In this document: in pieces, positions 34,948-46,675 of the stretch
Numbering within the stretch: the first letter of the stretch is position 1
Layout of the letters: every line of letters starts with the position of its first letter
Source of the DNA: Oscillospiraceae bacterium
Lineage (GTDB): Bacteria > Bacillota > Clostridia > Oscillospirales > UBA929
Length of the DNA stretch: 64,000 nucleotides
Assembly: GCA_031550325.1 (NCBI GenBank)
Contig: JAVBOR010000024.1
Span: forward strand, 4,062 to 68,061
Reading direction: 5' to 3'
The notes under the pieces: model-generated
Seen by the model: only the letters and a program-made list of their open reading frames with translations
The model's database searches: none
What the model was told of the DNA's origin: nothing
Program-made: the position numbers and the translations under genes

Positions 34948-36094
34948 AGTTTACCTTGCCGCCGGCCCGCTCGGCGTCTGGCTTCTCGCTTTTTGCCTTT
35001 CTTCCTGCGTGGCGGCGGGGTCATCCCCTCTGCAGTCCAGGCCGTCTTCCGGCCGGTTTGAGACCGTGAGGGAAGTGCCGTCCGAGCGCCCGTCCGAGCA
35101 ACCGTCCGAGCGCCCGTCCGCGCCGCCCATCCCGGCGATTGACGTACTATTGCCGGAGGAGGTGACGGTGGTGGTCGGGGGGGACGTGCTGCTCTGGGGC
35201 CGCGTGGCCAGAGAGCTGGAGAATAGCGGGAGTGAGGCGCTGGCCGATGATCAGCTGGCGTCCCTGTTTCGCGGCGCAGATCTGGCGATGGTCAATCTGG
35301 AGATGGCGGTCACCACGAGGGGCTCGCCCGTCCCGGACAAACAGTTTAACTTTCGCGGCGACCCAGAAACTCTGAACTGGCTGACGGACTATATGGGCGT
35401 TGACCTTGTGGGCCTGGCCAACAACCATGTGATCGACTATGGCGCTGAGGGTCTGCTGGACACATTTGACGCGCTTGATGAAAAGGAAATTGCCTATATC
35501 GGCGCGGGAAAGACGCTGAGCCGCGCGAAAGAGCCGTTTGTCGCCGAGATCGGCGGCAAGCGCATCGCGTTCCTCGCGGCATCGCGCATTATCCCGTTTA
35601 TGTACTGGTACGCGCAGGAGACCTCGCCCGGCGTGTTCTCAACCTATGATCCGGCGATGCTGCATGAGCAGATTGAGCTGGCCAAAGAGAGCAGCGACTA
35701 TGTGGTGGTCTACGTTCACTGGGGCGTGGAGAGGGCGAGTACGCCCGAGAAGTACCAGGTGGCGCTGGCCCACGGATACATCGACCATGGCGCGGATATG
35801 GTCATCGGAGCCCATCCGCATGTGCTGCAGGGGGTGGAGATGTACAAAGGAAAACCCATCGCCTATAGCCTGGGAAATTTTATATTCACAACGTCTGCGC
35901 CCGATACCTGCGCGCTCGTACTGCATTTCGGAGAAGAGACGTATATGCAGGTCAGGCCCTGCAAGATTTCCAGCCCCAAGACGACGCTGATCACCGACGA
36001 AGAGACCGTCAAGCAAAAGCTGAACATGATCGAAAAGCTGTCCTTTTGCGCGCGGCTGGACGAATCCGGGCGCGTCTGGCCTTCAGAGGAGTAA
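34925..36094 (+). CDS. CapA-family (PGA_cap metallophosphatase-like) lipoprotein
   Basis: GTG 34925 or TTG 34928 start, overlapping the upstream gene. Lipobox-like AFCLSSC. Sequence: VVVGGDVLL..NLE.A..GLANNHVIDYG..VYVHWGVE..GAHPHVLQG..AYSLGNFIF. Confidence 0.8.
   Translation: MLKNATSRVYLAAGPLGVWLLAFCLSSCVAAGSSPLQSRPSSGRFETVREVPSERPSEQPSERPSAPPIPAIDVLLPEEVTVVVGGDVLLWGRVARELENSGSEALADDQLASLFRGADLAMVNLEMAVTTRGSPVPDKQFNFRGDPETLNWLTDYMGVDLVGLANNHVIDYGAEGLLDTFDALDEKEIAYIGAGKTLSRAKEPFVAEIGGKRIAFLAASRIIPFMYWYAQETSPGVFSTYDPAMLHEQIELAKESSDYVVVYVHWGVERASTPEKYQVALAHGYIDHGADMVIGAHPHVLQGVEMYKGKPIAYSLGNFIFTTSAPDTCALVLHFGEETYMQVRPCKISSPKTTLITDEETVKQKLNMIEKLSFCARLDESGRVWPSEE
35081..35128 (+). repeat. In-frame 12-nt tandem repeat (4 units) in the capA-like linker
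   Basis: TCCGAGCGCCCG / TCCGAGCAACCG / TCCGAGCGCCCG / TCCGCGCCGCCC, encoding SERP-SEQP-SERP-SAPP. Confidence 0.8.
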
Positions 36095-36212
36095 CGCTGT
36101 GAGGCGCCGCAAGGAGGTACGGCTTGGCTCTTCGGGGGATGCGGCGCGTCTCTGTCGCCCGCCCAAGAGGGCGGACCTGGAAAAAACACAGACTTTTGAT
36201 GGCTTGTACGCC

Positions 36213-36241
36213 TTGATTTTCATGTCGTCATCTGATATAAT
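36213..36241 (+). promoter_or_regulatory. Candidate sigma-A promoter for fba
   Basis: TTGATT (36213-36218), 17-nt spacer, TATAAT (36236-36241). Confidence 0.55.
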
Positions 36242-36284
36242 CCACCAGTACTGTACTAAATGAGATATGAAGGAGTTTGATTGC

Positions 36285-37220
36285 ATGGCTCTGGTCACCA
36301 CCACTCAGATGTTTAAGGATGCCTATGCCGGCGGGTATGCCATCGGCGCGTTCAACGTCAACAATATGGAGATCATTCAGGGCATCACCGAGGCAGCCGC
36401 CGAGGAAAAGGCCCCGCTGATTTTGCAGGTCTCTTCGGGCGCGCGCAAGTACGCCAAGCACGTCTATCTGATGAAGCTCATTGAGGCTGCCATTGCCGAC
36501 ACCGGACTGCCGATCGCGGTGCACCTCGACCACGGTGACGATTTTGAAATTTGCAAGAGCTGTATTGACGGCGGCTTCACCTCCGTGATGATTGACGGCT
36601 CCAAGCACAGCTTTTCGGACAACATTGCGCTGACAAAGCAGGTTGTCGACTATGCGCACGCCAGAGGCGTTGTTGTCGAAGGCGAGCTGGGCAAGCTTGC
36701 CGGCGTTGAGGACGACGTCAACGTGTCCGACGCCGACGCGCAGTTTACCAACCCCGCGGAGGTCGAAGAGTTTGTGTCCAAGACCGGCGTTGACTCGCTG
36801 GCCATTGCCATCGGTACCAGTCACGGCGCGTATAAGTTCAAACCCGGACAGAACCCCCAACTTCGCTTTGACATTCTGGAGAAGATTCAGCAGCGCCTGT
36901 CGGGCTTCCCGATTGTGCTTCACGGCGCGTCTTCGGTCATCCCGGAATTTGTCGCCAAGGTCAACCAGTACGGCGGAAAAATGCCCGACGCCATCGGCAT
37001 TCCCGAGGACATGCTGCGCCAGGCCGCCAAGATGTCGGTCTGCAAGATCAACATCGACTCCGACCTGCGTCTGGCGATGACCGCGTCGATCCGCGAGCAT
37101 TTTGCGCTGCATCCCGATCACTTCGATCCGCGTCAGTATTTGACGCCGGCGCGCACGGCCATCAAAGACATGGTCAAGCGCAAGCTGGTCAACGTGCTGG
37201 GCTGCAACGGCAAAGCCTAG
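36285..37220 (+). CDS. fba: Class II fructose-1,6-bisphosphate aldolase
   Basis: ATG 36285 lies 9 nt after AAGGAG. Sequence: MALVTTTQMFKDAYAGGYAIGAFNVNNME..LQVS.GA..HLDHG..IDGS..E.ELG..GTSHGAYKF..LVLHGASS. Confidence 0.92.
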   Translation: MALVTTTQMFKDAYAGGYAIGAFNVNNMEIIQGITEAAAEEKAPLILQVSSGARKYAKHVYLMKLIEAAIADTGLPIAVHLDHGDDFEICKSCIDGGFTSVMIDGSKHSFSDNIALTKQVVDYAHARGVVVEGELGKLAGVEDDVNVSDADAQFTNPAEVEEFVSKTGVDSLAIAIGTSHGAYKFKPGQNPQLRFDILEKIQQRLSGFPIVLHGASSVIPEFVAKVNQYGGKMPDAIGIPEDMLRQAAKMSVCKINIDSDLRLAMTASIREHFALHPDHFDPRQYLTPARTAIKDMVKRKLVNVLGCNGKA

Positions 37221-37243
37221 ACGCCCATACGGTTTACAACTCA

Positions 37244-37276
37244 GGGCGGCGGACAGTCAAGGCTTGTCCGCCGCCC
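37244..37276 (+). terminator. GC-rich hairpin downstream of fba (probable terminator), followed by repeat-module fragments
   Basis: GGGCGGCGGACA-gtcaaggct-TGTCCGCCGCCC (12 bp, perfect). Only a weak T-run follows. The next 70 nt contain TTTGTCAAAG fused to AGTGAATCCGTGAAA (A half-site plus C loop) and GGACTTTGACAG. Confidence 0.5.
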
Positions 37277-37383
37277 CTGCTTTGTCAAAGTGAATCCGTG
37301 AAACCCGAAAAGCGCGGGAGCACAAAGGACTTTGACAGCCTGCCTGCCCACGCGGCGGGGCGTTCTTTCCGGCGCGCCTTTCC

Positions 37384-37391
37384 CATACAAT
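37384..37391 (+). promoter_or_regulatory. Possible mother-cell sigma (sigE-type) -10 element upstream of yunB
   Basis: CATACAAT lies 32 nt upstream of the yunB ATG. I did not see a convincing -35 element. B. subtilis yunB is sigE-dependent. Confidence 0.25.
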
Positions 37392-37422
37392 GGGAATAGG
37401 CAGTGCGCCGGGAGGAATAATC

Positions 37423-40424
<3,002 letters not shown>

Positions 40425-40428
<4 letters not shown>

Positions 40429-41873
40429 GACTGTACGAGCTGACGGCGGCGGAACTCGCCGGACTGATGGTCTCGCGCCAGGTGAGCGCCGTCGAAATTT
40501 GCGAGGACTTTTTGGCGCGTTCGGAGGCGGTGGAGCCGCTTGTCGGCGCGTTTATCACGCGTTGCCCGAACAGGGCGATGCGGGCGGCGCAGGCAGTGGA
40601 CGACAAACGCGCCGAGTCGGAGCGTCTGGCGCCGCTGGCCGGGGTGCCGATTGCCGTGAAGGACAATATCTGCATAAGCGGACTCGGGACCACCTGCTCG
40701 TCCGCCATGCTTAAAGACTTTGTGCCGTTTTACACCGCTTTTGCTGCTGAGCGCGCCGAACGGGCGGGGATGGTGGTGCTGGGCAAGACCAACTTGGACG
40801 AGTTCGGCATGGGCTCGACCTGTGAAACGGCGCGCCTGCAGTCCACCAAGAACCCACACGACCTCGGCTGTGTTCCGGGCGGGTCGTCGGGCGGAAGCGC
40901 CGCCTGCGTCGCGTCGGGACAGGCTCCGCTGGCACTCGGCTCGGACACCGGCGGCTCGATTCGCTGTCCCGCCTCTTACTGCGGCGTTGTCGGGCTGCGG
41001 CCCACCTATGGCTCCGTGTCGCGGTACGGGCTTGTGGCCATGGCCTCGTCGCTGGATCAGATCGGCCCGATGGGCAGGAGCGTGCTGGACGTCGCGCTTT
41101 TGTTTGACACGATCAGAGGGATTGATGAGAGAGACGCCACGAGCTTGGCTTCGCCCTACGGCTGTGTCGCCGACGCGCTTGAAGGCGGCATAAAAGGGTT
41201 GAGAATCGGTTTGCCCAGGGAGTTTTTTGACGTTGTTTCGCCGCAGGAGCGCGACAGGGTCAGAGAGGCCGCCGTCGCGTTTGAGCGCATGGGCGCGCAC
41301 CTTGTCGAGCTTTCACTGCCGACAACCAGACACGCGCTGGCGATCTATCTGGCGCTGTCAACCGCCGAGGCTTCCTCCGACCTGGCGCGCTTTGACGGGG
41401 TGAGGTACGGCCATCGCACCGAACACTTTGAGACCCTCTCCCAGCTCTATGAGCGTTCGCGCGCCGAGGGATTCGGGCCGGAGGTCAAGCGCCGTGTGAT
41501 GCTGGGCGCCTACGTGCTGTCGTCCGGTGAGAATTATTACGAGCGGGCGGTCAGTGCCCGAAGGACGCTCCGCGCGGAGTTCAGCGGGGCGTTTGAGGTC
41601 TGCGATCTTATCCTGACGCCGTCCACGCCCACCGTGGCGCCGCGCAGGGAAGAGATGGGGGATCCTGTGAAGGTGTACGGGGGAGACAGCTGTCTGGTGT
41701 CAGTCAACCTGGCCGGGCTGTGCGCCGTTTCGGTGATGTGCGGGACGGTAGGAACACTTCCGGTGGGAATGCAGCTGATCGGGGACGCCTGGCAGGAGCC
41801 GGCTTTGCTGCGCGCCGCCTATGCGTACGAGCAGTTTGCCGGCGGCCCGCGGCCCGTGGCGAGGCGCGTATGA
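40425..41873 (+). CDS. gatA: Asp/Glu-tRNA amidotransferase subunit A
   Basis: ATGA overlap with gatC. Amidase signature: GVPIAVKDNI..TTCSS..L..F.P.Y.A....R....G.V.LGKTNLDEFGMGS..GGSSGGSAA..LGSDTGGSIR.PA..CG. Confidence 0.93.
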
Positions 41874-43360
41874 CGTACGAACTGACGGTAGGGCTGGAGA
41901 TCCACGTGGAACTCGACACCGAGAGCAAGGCGTTTTGCGCATGCCCCAACCGCTTCGGAGCCGCGCCGAACACGCTGATTTGCCCTGTCTGCGCCGGTTT
42001 TCCCGGCGCACTGCCCGTACTTAACGAGTCTGTCGTTGAGCGCGCGGTGCGCGTGGGCAAGGCTTTTGGCTGCACCATCAACATGGTCAGCCGACATGAC
42101 CGGAAAAACTACTATTATCCTGATTTGCCAAACGCCTATCAAATCACCCAGCAGCGCGTTCCGATCCTGTCCGGCGGCGCGTTTTTTCTGTATGAGGAGG
42201 GCGGGCTTTCCTCCGTTGCGCTTGACCACATCCACATGGAGGAGGACGCCGGAAAGCTGCTGCACGGCGCCGGGGACGACTATACGCGCATTGACTTCAA
42301 CCGCGCGGGCGTTCCGCTTTTGGAGATCGTCACACAGCCCTGTCTGCACACGCCCGAGCGGGCGCAGGCGTTTTTGGAGGCGCTGCGTCAGACACTGGTG
42401 GAGCTGGAGGTTACGGACGGCAAGATGCATGAGGGCTCCATCCGCTGTGACGTCAATGTCTCGGTCGGCAGCGGCGCTCAGATGGGCGTCAAGGTTGAGC
42501 TCAAAAACATCGGCACCTTTTCGGGCGTGCGGCGCGCCATCGCCTTTGAGTTCAAGCGACAGACGCGGCTTTTGGAAAAAGGCGATCCGGTTGTGTCGGA
42601 GACGCGCCGGTGGGACGATATGGCCGGGATGACCCTTGCCATGCGCGAAAAGGAGAGCCTGCAGGATTACCGGTTTTTCTTTGAGCCGAATTTGCAGCCC
42701 ACGGTTGTTTTGCAGGAGCTGTGTGACCGGGTTATCGTTGCCGAGCTTCCGCAGGCACGTCTGCTGCGGTATGTCCGCGAGTTTTCTCTGCCTCCCGCGG
42801 AGGCCGCCCTTTTGTGCGTGCGGCCCCGATGGGCCTACTTCGAGGCCTGTCTTGTTTGCGGGGCGCCGCCGCGCGCCGCCGCCAACTGGATTTGCGGAGA
42901 GCTTGCGCGGCTTTCAGGCGGCAATGTGGACGCGCTGCCGCCCGAAAGACTCTGTCAGCTGATACGCTGCGTCGAGCAGGGCGCTGTGAGCAGCTCGGCC
43001 GGGAAAGCCGCGCTGGCGGCCATGCTGGAGTTTGGCTGGACGGCAAACCGGGCGATCGGAGAGCTAGGGCTGGACCAGATGCGCGACAACGACGCGCTCA
43101 GCGCACTTGCCGCGCAGATTGTCGCCGACCATCCCCAGCCGGCGGCGGCATATCGGGCGGGAAAAACCAACGCGCTGGACTTTCTGGTGGGGCGCGGGAT
43201 GAAGGCGTCCGGCGGGCGGGCCGATCCCGCGGCGTTGCGGGCGCTGCTGAAAAGCGCTCTGGAGTGCTGCAGTCTGTCAAAGAACCACGAGTTCTTTGAC
43301 AAAGCGGGGGCAGGATCGCGTCTTTGTGAAGACGCGCAAAGAAACGCTTCCCCGGAGTGA
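41870..43360 (+). CDS. gatB: Asp/Glu-tRNA amidotransferase subunit B, with a repeat-derived C-terminal extension
   Basis: ATGA overlap with gatA. Sequence: MTYELTVGLEIHVELDTESKAFC..R.DRKNYYYPDLP..YQITQ. The conserved C-terminus ends near ..RADPAALRALLKSAL. The last ~30 codons (ECCSLSKNHEFFDKAGAGSRLCEDAQRNASPE) and the TGA stop lie inside repeat copy R4. Confidence 0.9.
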   Translation: MTYELTVGLEIHVELDTESKAFCACPNRFGAAPNTLICPVCAGFPGALPVLNESVVERAVRVGKAFGCTINMVSRHDRKNYYYPDLPNAYQITQQRVPILSGGAFFLYEEGGLSSVALDHIHMEEDAGKLLHGAGDDYTRIDFNRAGVPLLEIVTQPCLHTPERAQAFLEALRQTLVELEVTDGKMHEGSIRCDVNVSVGSGAQMGVKVELKNIGTFSGVRRAIAFEFKRQTRLLEKGDPVVSETRRWDDMAGMTLAMREKESLQDYRFFFEPNLQPTVVLQELCDRVIVAELPQARLLRYVREFSLPPAEAALLCVRPRWAYFEACLVCGAPPRAAANWICGELARLSGGNVDALPPERLCQLIRCVEQGAVSSSAGKAALAAMLEFGWTANRAIGELGLDQMRDNDALSALAAQIVADHPQPAAAYRAGKTNALDFLVGRGMKASGGRADPAALRALLKSALECCSLSKNHEFFDKAGAGSRLCEDAQRNASPE

Positions 43361-43480
43361 ATCCGGGAAAGCGTTGTGGTTCTGTCTTTATCGGTTTTCA
43401 GAGAGGCGAGGACCTGCCGGCTTTGCCGTCAGGCTCGACGTGAAAACCGATAAAGGACGAGGATGCGAGGGGCTTTTTGG
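43275..43480 (+). repeat. Composite intergenic element copy R4 (A-B-C-D, best preserved)
   Basis: A: TGTCAAAGAAC-cacga-GTTCTTTGACA (43275-43301). B: GCGTCTT-tgtg-AAGACGC (43318-43335). C: AAACGCTT-CCCCGGAgtgaaTCCGGG-AAGCGTT (43342-43375). D arms: CTTTATCGGTTTTCA (43386-43400) and TGAAAACCGATAAAG (43441-43455), a perfect 15 bp. Confidence 0.9.
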
Positions 43481-43499
43481 GAACGGTATAGTTTAATGA

Positions 43500-45251
43500 C
43501 TATGCCTCGACGCGGGACGGACTGAGCGCTTGCGCGGATTCGGAGCCGTCGGGCTCGCTTTGCGGACGATGGGAGATGTTCTGAATGGTGTCGTACGTCT
43601 TGGAAACGGCCTGGCTGATCTCCTGAATCATTTGATTGATGGCGCCTGTGGATGAAACCGCCTGTTTGGATACCTCGGCGGTCTCCGAAACGGTCTTTTT
43701 GGAGCTTTTCGCCAGGCTGCGGATCTCCTCGGCCACCACGGCAAACGCCTTGCCGTGAACGCCCGCGCGGGCAGCCTCGACAGAGGCGTTGAGCGAGATG
43801 ATGTTGATGTGCATGGCGATCAGGTCAATTTCATTGGCCATGGTGCCGTATTGCTTGAACGCCCGGTTGACGTCCTGGATGTTGGACAGGATGTCGTCGG
43901 AGAGCGTTTTGACATTGGAGATATCGGACAGAATGATCTCAAGGTTGTTAATATTCTTCTCCTGGATGGACAAAACCGCGGCGTGCTCGGACTGAATGTC
44001 GTTTCGGGTTTTTTCAATGCAGTTCATCGGCGTATTAACGCCGATAGCCACCTTGCCAGCCATGTTCCGGCAGCTGTCCGAGCCGCACGCGCCGCAGTCA
44101 AACTGGCGCTGGACGGACGTTTGCTTGCCCAAAAGCTCAAAGCCCTTCTCGATATCCTCGCCCGTAATCGTCTGGGTGTAAACGCGCTTGGAGGTGTAAT
44201 GCCTGACAAAGTCGTTGAGATTAAAAATATGGTCAAAGGTCTCATACAGCTTGTCAAAATAAGCCTTTTCGCGGTTTTGTGTGACCTGCTTGCGCTCCCT
44301 GTCCATGATGGAGTTGATTTCAAACATATCCTTGTGATGATTGCAGCCTGTGCCCAGATTGCAGCCCTCGGGACAGTTGAGTACGTCAAAGATAGCTGGA
44401 AGATGGTCTTTCTTTTGGACGGAAAACTGATCCAGCGCCCGGTAGACCACCGCCTGCCCCTCGCATTTGTCTATGCGCAGCGCCTTGCCCAGATAAAACT
44501 CTACGTTTTCTTTCAGCCCGCCGGGCATGGAGTAGAGCCTTCCGAGCACGGAGTCCGGACTGTCAAAGGAGCCCGGCTGCTGGGGAAGCGTGATGTGGTG
44601 CCTGTGAATATAGTCGCGCAGCTTCTTGAAGGTCACGTTATATTTGGCAAGGCCCGTGGCGTCAAACTCATCAGCCTTGGCGATACAGGGCGAGAGCACG
44701 GCGAGAGAATCCGTAATGTTTTTGTTTTTTTTCATATAAATGGCCGTACACAGCATAGGGCTGTGGATGGGGGAGAGGTTGGGGATAAGCTCGGGGCGGT
44801 ACATCTGGATGTACTTGACAATGGCCGGGCACGGCTGGGTGATCACCGACGCCGGCTGATTTTTTTGGATAAACCGTATGTGCGCCCAGGTGCAGATGTC
44901 CGCACCCAGAGAAACGTCGAAGATGTTGCGCACGCCCAGCTGACGAAGCCAGGCCAGGATGCGCCCGAACTCCTCCAGATTGGCGCGCCCCGCCGGGGCG
45001 GCAAACATGGAAATGCGCGCGCCGTTGCTGAGATCGGACAGAAACCGTTCGGTATCGTCCTCGTAATCGCGAGACTCGTGCCGACAGGCCTGGATACACG
45101 CGCCGCAGGCGATGCACCTGTCGTTGTTGATGCGCACCTTGATGGCGCCGTTCTCCATGAACGCGACGTTGGCCTCTTCCACGGGGCAGACCCGGATACA
45201 GCGGTTGCAGCCGACACATGTTGACAGATCATTGATGATGAGCTTTCTCAT
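43500..45251 (-). CDS. [FeFe]-hydrogenase-like (H-cluster domain) protein fused to a methyl-accepting chemotaxis signalling domain; putative sensory hydrogenase
   Basis: 583 aa, AGAGGGG SD. Two ferredoxin-type motifs (CVGCNRCIRVCP, CIACGACIQAC). H-cluster-like motifs are TQPCP (canonical TSCCP), SPCIAK (canonical MPCxxK) and NCPEGCNLGTG (canonical MACxxGCxxGGG). An extra Cys motif reads CGACGSDSC-x16-C. The C-terminal MCP core is IDLIAMHINIISLNASVEAARAGVHGKAFAVVAEEIRSLAKSS. Confidence 0.8.
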   Translation of the reverse strand: MRKLIINDLSTCVGCNRCIRVCPVEEANVAFMENGAIKVRINNDRCIACGACIQACRHESRDYEDDTERFLSDLSNGARISMFAAPAGRANLEEFGRILAWLRQLGVRNIFDVSLGADICTWAHIRFIQKNQPASVITQPCPAIVKYIQMYRPELIPNLSPIHSPMLCTAIYMKKNKNITDSLAVLSPCIAKADEFDATGLAKYNVTFKKLRDYIHRHHITLPQQPGSFDSPDSVLGRLYSMPGGLKENVEFYLGKALRIDKCEGQAVVYRALDQFSVQKKDHLPAIFDVLNCPEGCNLGTGCNHHKDMFEINSIMDRERKQVTQNREKAYFDKLYETFDHIFNLNDFVRHYTSKRVYTQTITGEDIEKGFELLGKQTSVQRQFDCGACGSDSCRNMAGKVAIGVNTPMNCIEKTRNDIQSEHAAVLSIQEKNINNLEIILSDISNVKTLSDDILSNIQDVNRAFKQYGTMANEIDLIAMHINIISLNASVEAARAGVHGKAFAVVAEEIRSLAKSSKKTVSETAEVSKQAVSSTGAINQMIQEISQAVSKTYDTIQNISHRPQSEPDGSESAQALSPSRVEA

Positions 45252-45423
45252 TTGACCCCTCTTTTTGTTCGGCGGAATGAAGCGCTCAACGTCCCAGCCC
45301 GCCTCTTGATCAAATTCCTATGAATGTAAAAAAAAGGATACCACAAGGATTATCGATATATGCCGGATGAACTTTATCTCAGGGCGCAAAAAGCGCCGCG
45401 GGCCGTCAAATAAGCCTCAAAAT

Positions 45424-45492
45424 ACAAGCTGGGCTCTCCCGGATTCACTCCGTGAGAGCCCAGCTTGTAGACAAACCGAAGATTTGTCTACA
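45424..45492 (-). repeat. Reversed module C hairpin (15-bp stem) plus an A-like palindrome
   Basis: ACAAGCTGGGCTCTC-ccggattcactccgt-GAGAGCCCAGCTTGT (45424-45468). GTAGACAAA-ccgaaga-TTTGTCTAC (45468-45492), followed by AAAACGA. Confidence 0.85.
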
Positions 45493-45555
45493 AAACGATG
45501 ATAAAGTGATCGGCTCTGTGGAGCTTCACAAAAAAACGTTTCTCTGTAAACCGCC

Positions 45556-46641
45556 TCAGCTGTTCATCAGCTCGGTCCAGAGGCTGTCATAGAGAGCGGC
45601 CGTCTGCGCCGAAAGTGTGGTGTACGCCTCACAGCGCGCCAGCTCCTGCTCGGAGGGATAAGCGGACTTTGCGCTTTCGTCGAGCTCGTCGTACACGGTT
45701 TGAATCGGCGTATTGTAGCGCGTATATGCGCAGTTGGCGATCCCCGCCGTCACGGAGCACAGGTAATTTACGTAGACCTCGGCCGCTTTTACGTTCTGGC
45801 AGGACGCGGGGATGCACAGCGCCTGCACAAACAGAGGCGCGCCCTCGCGCGGCAGCACATAGGAAAGGGTCTCGTCCTCGGAGGCAAGGCGCAGGGCGGT
45901 CGCTGAGCGGACAAGCGCCGCGACGGCCTCGCCGGAGAGCATTTTTTCGGAGACAAGCGCGTCATCATAAGCCTGCACAAGCGGCTTTTGCTGTCCCAGG
46001 AGCGTAAAGGCGGCGCGAAGCTCGGCCTCACTGGCGGTGTTGACGCTGTAGCCTAAGTACTTCAGCGCGGCGGAAACATTGTCGCGCCTGTCGCCGGACA
46101 TCAGGATGCCGCCGGCCGACCCGTCGTCAAACAGAGCGCTCCAGCTGTCCACGGCCCACTCCACGGCCAGGCTGCTGTAGACGAGGCCGAGGGTGTCCCA
46201 GAGATAGGCGATGGAATACGCGCCGTCGGGATCATAGTACGGGGAGGTAAAGCGCGCCATCTGCGCGGCGGACAGGGGAAGGCCCGCATAGTTCAGCGCG
46301 CTCAGCAGGTTTTCTGTCCGCAGACGGTCGACGATATAGTCGGGCGCGATCACAACGTCATAGGCGTTCGGGCCGGAAACCTCGGCATAAAGCTCCTCGG
46401 CGGAAGAGACAACGTGATGAACGATTTCATGTCCGGACTCCAGCTCAAAGGTGCTAATGAGCGAGGGCTCGATGAGGTTTTCCAGGCTGATGACCGAAAC
46501 AGAGCCCGTATCAACGTCGTCCGGCGACGGGCTGGGGGACGCCGGAACCTCGCTGCTTGAAGGGGAGCTCGACGGCAAAGGGCTGGCTGTGCAGGCAACC
46601 AGCAGAAAAAGCGCCAGAAAACAGAGCAGCATTCTTTTCAC
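45556..46641 (-). CDS. Extracellular solute-binding lipoprotein, PotD/PotF (polyamine) family
   Basis: I prefer the GTG 46641 start (VKRMLLCFLALFLLVAC lipobox) over the track start 46707. An S/P-rich linker follows. Sequence: YDVVIAPDYIVDRL..PYYDPDGAYSIAYLWDTLGLVY. I see no ABC permease or ATPase genes nearby. Confidence 0.65.
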   Translation of the reverse strand: MKRMLLCFLALFLLVACTASPLPSSSPSSSEVPASPSPSPDDVDTGSVSVISLENLIEPSLISTFELESGHEIVHHVVSSAEELYAEVSGPNAYDVVIAPDYIVDRLRTENLLSALNYAGLPLSAAQMARFTSPYYDPDGAYSIAYLWDTLGLVYSSLAVEWAVDSWSALFDDGSAGGILMSGDRRDNVSAALKYLGYSVNTASEAELRAAFTLLGQQKPLVQAYDDALVSEKMLSGEAVAALVRSATALRLASEDETLSYVLPREGAPLFVQALCIPASCQNVKAAEVYVNYLCSVTAGIANCAYTRYNTPIQTVYDELDESAKSAYPSEQELARCEAYTTLSAQTAALYDSLWTELMNS

Positions 46642-46675
46642 AGTCGGTCTGTCCTTTCCAAGTGGGGTGGCGGCT

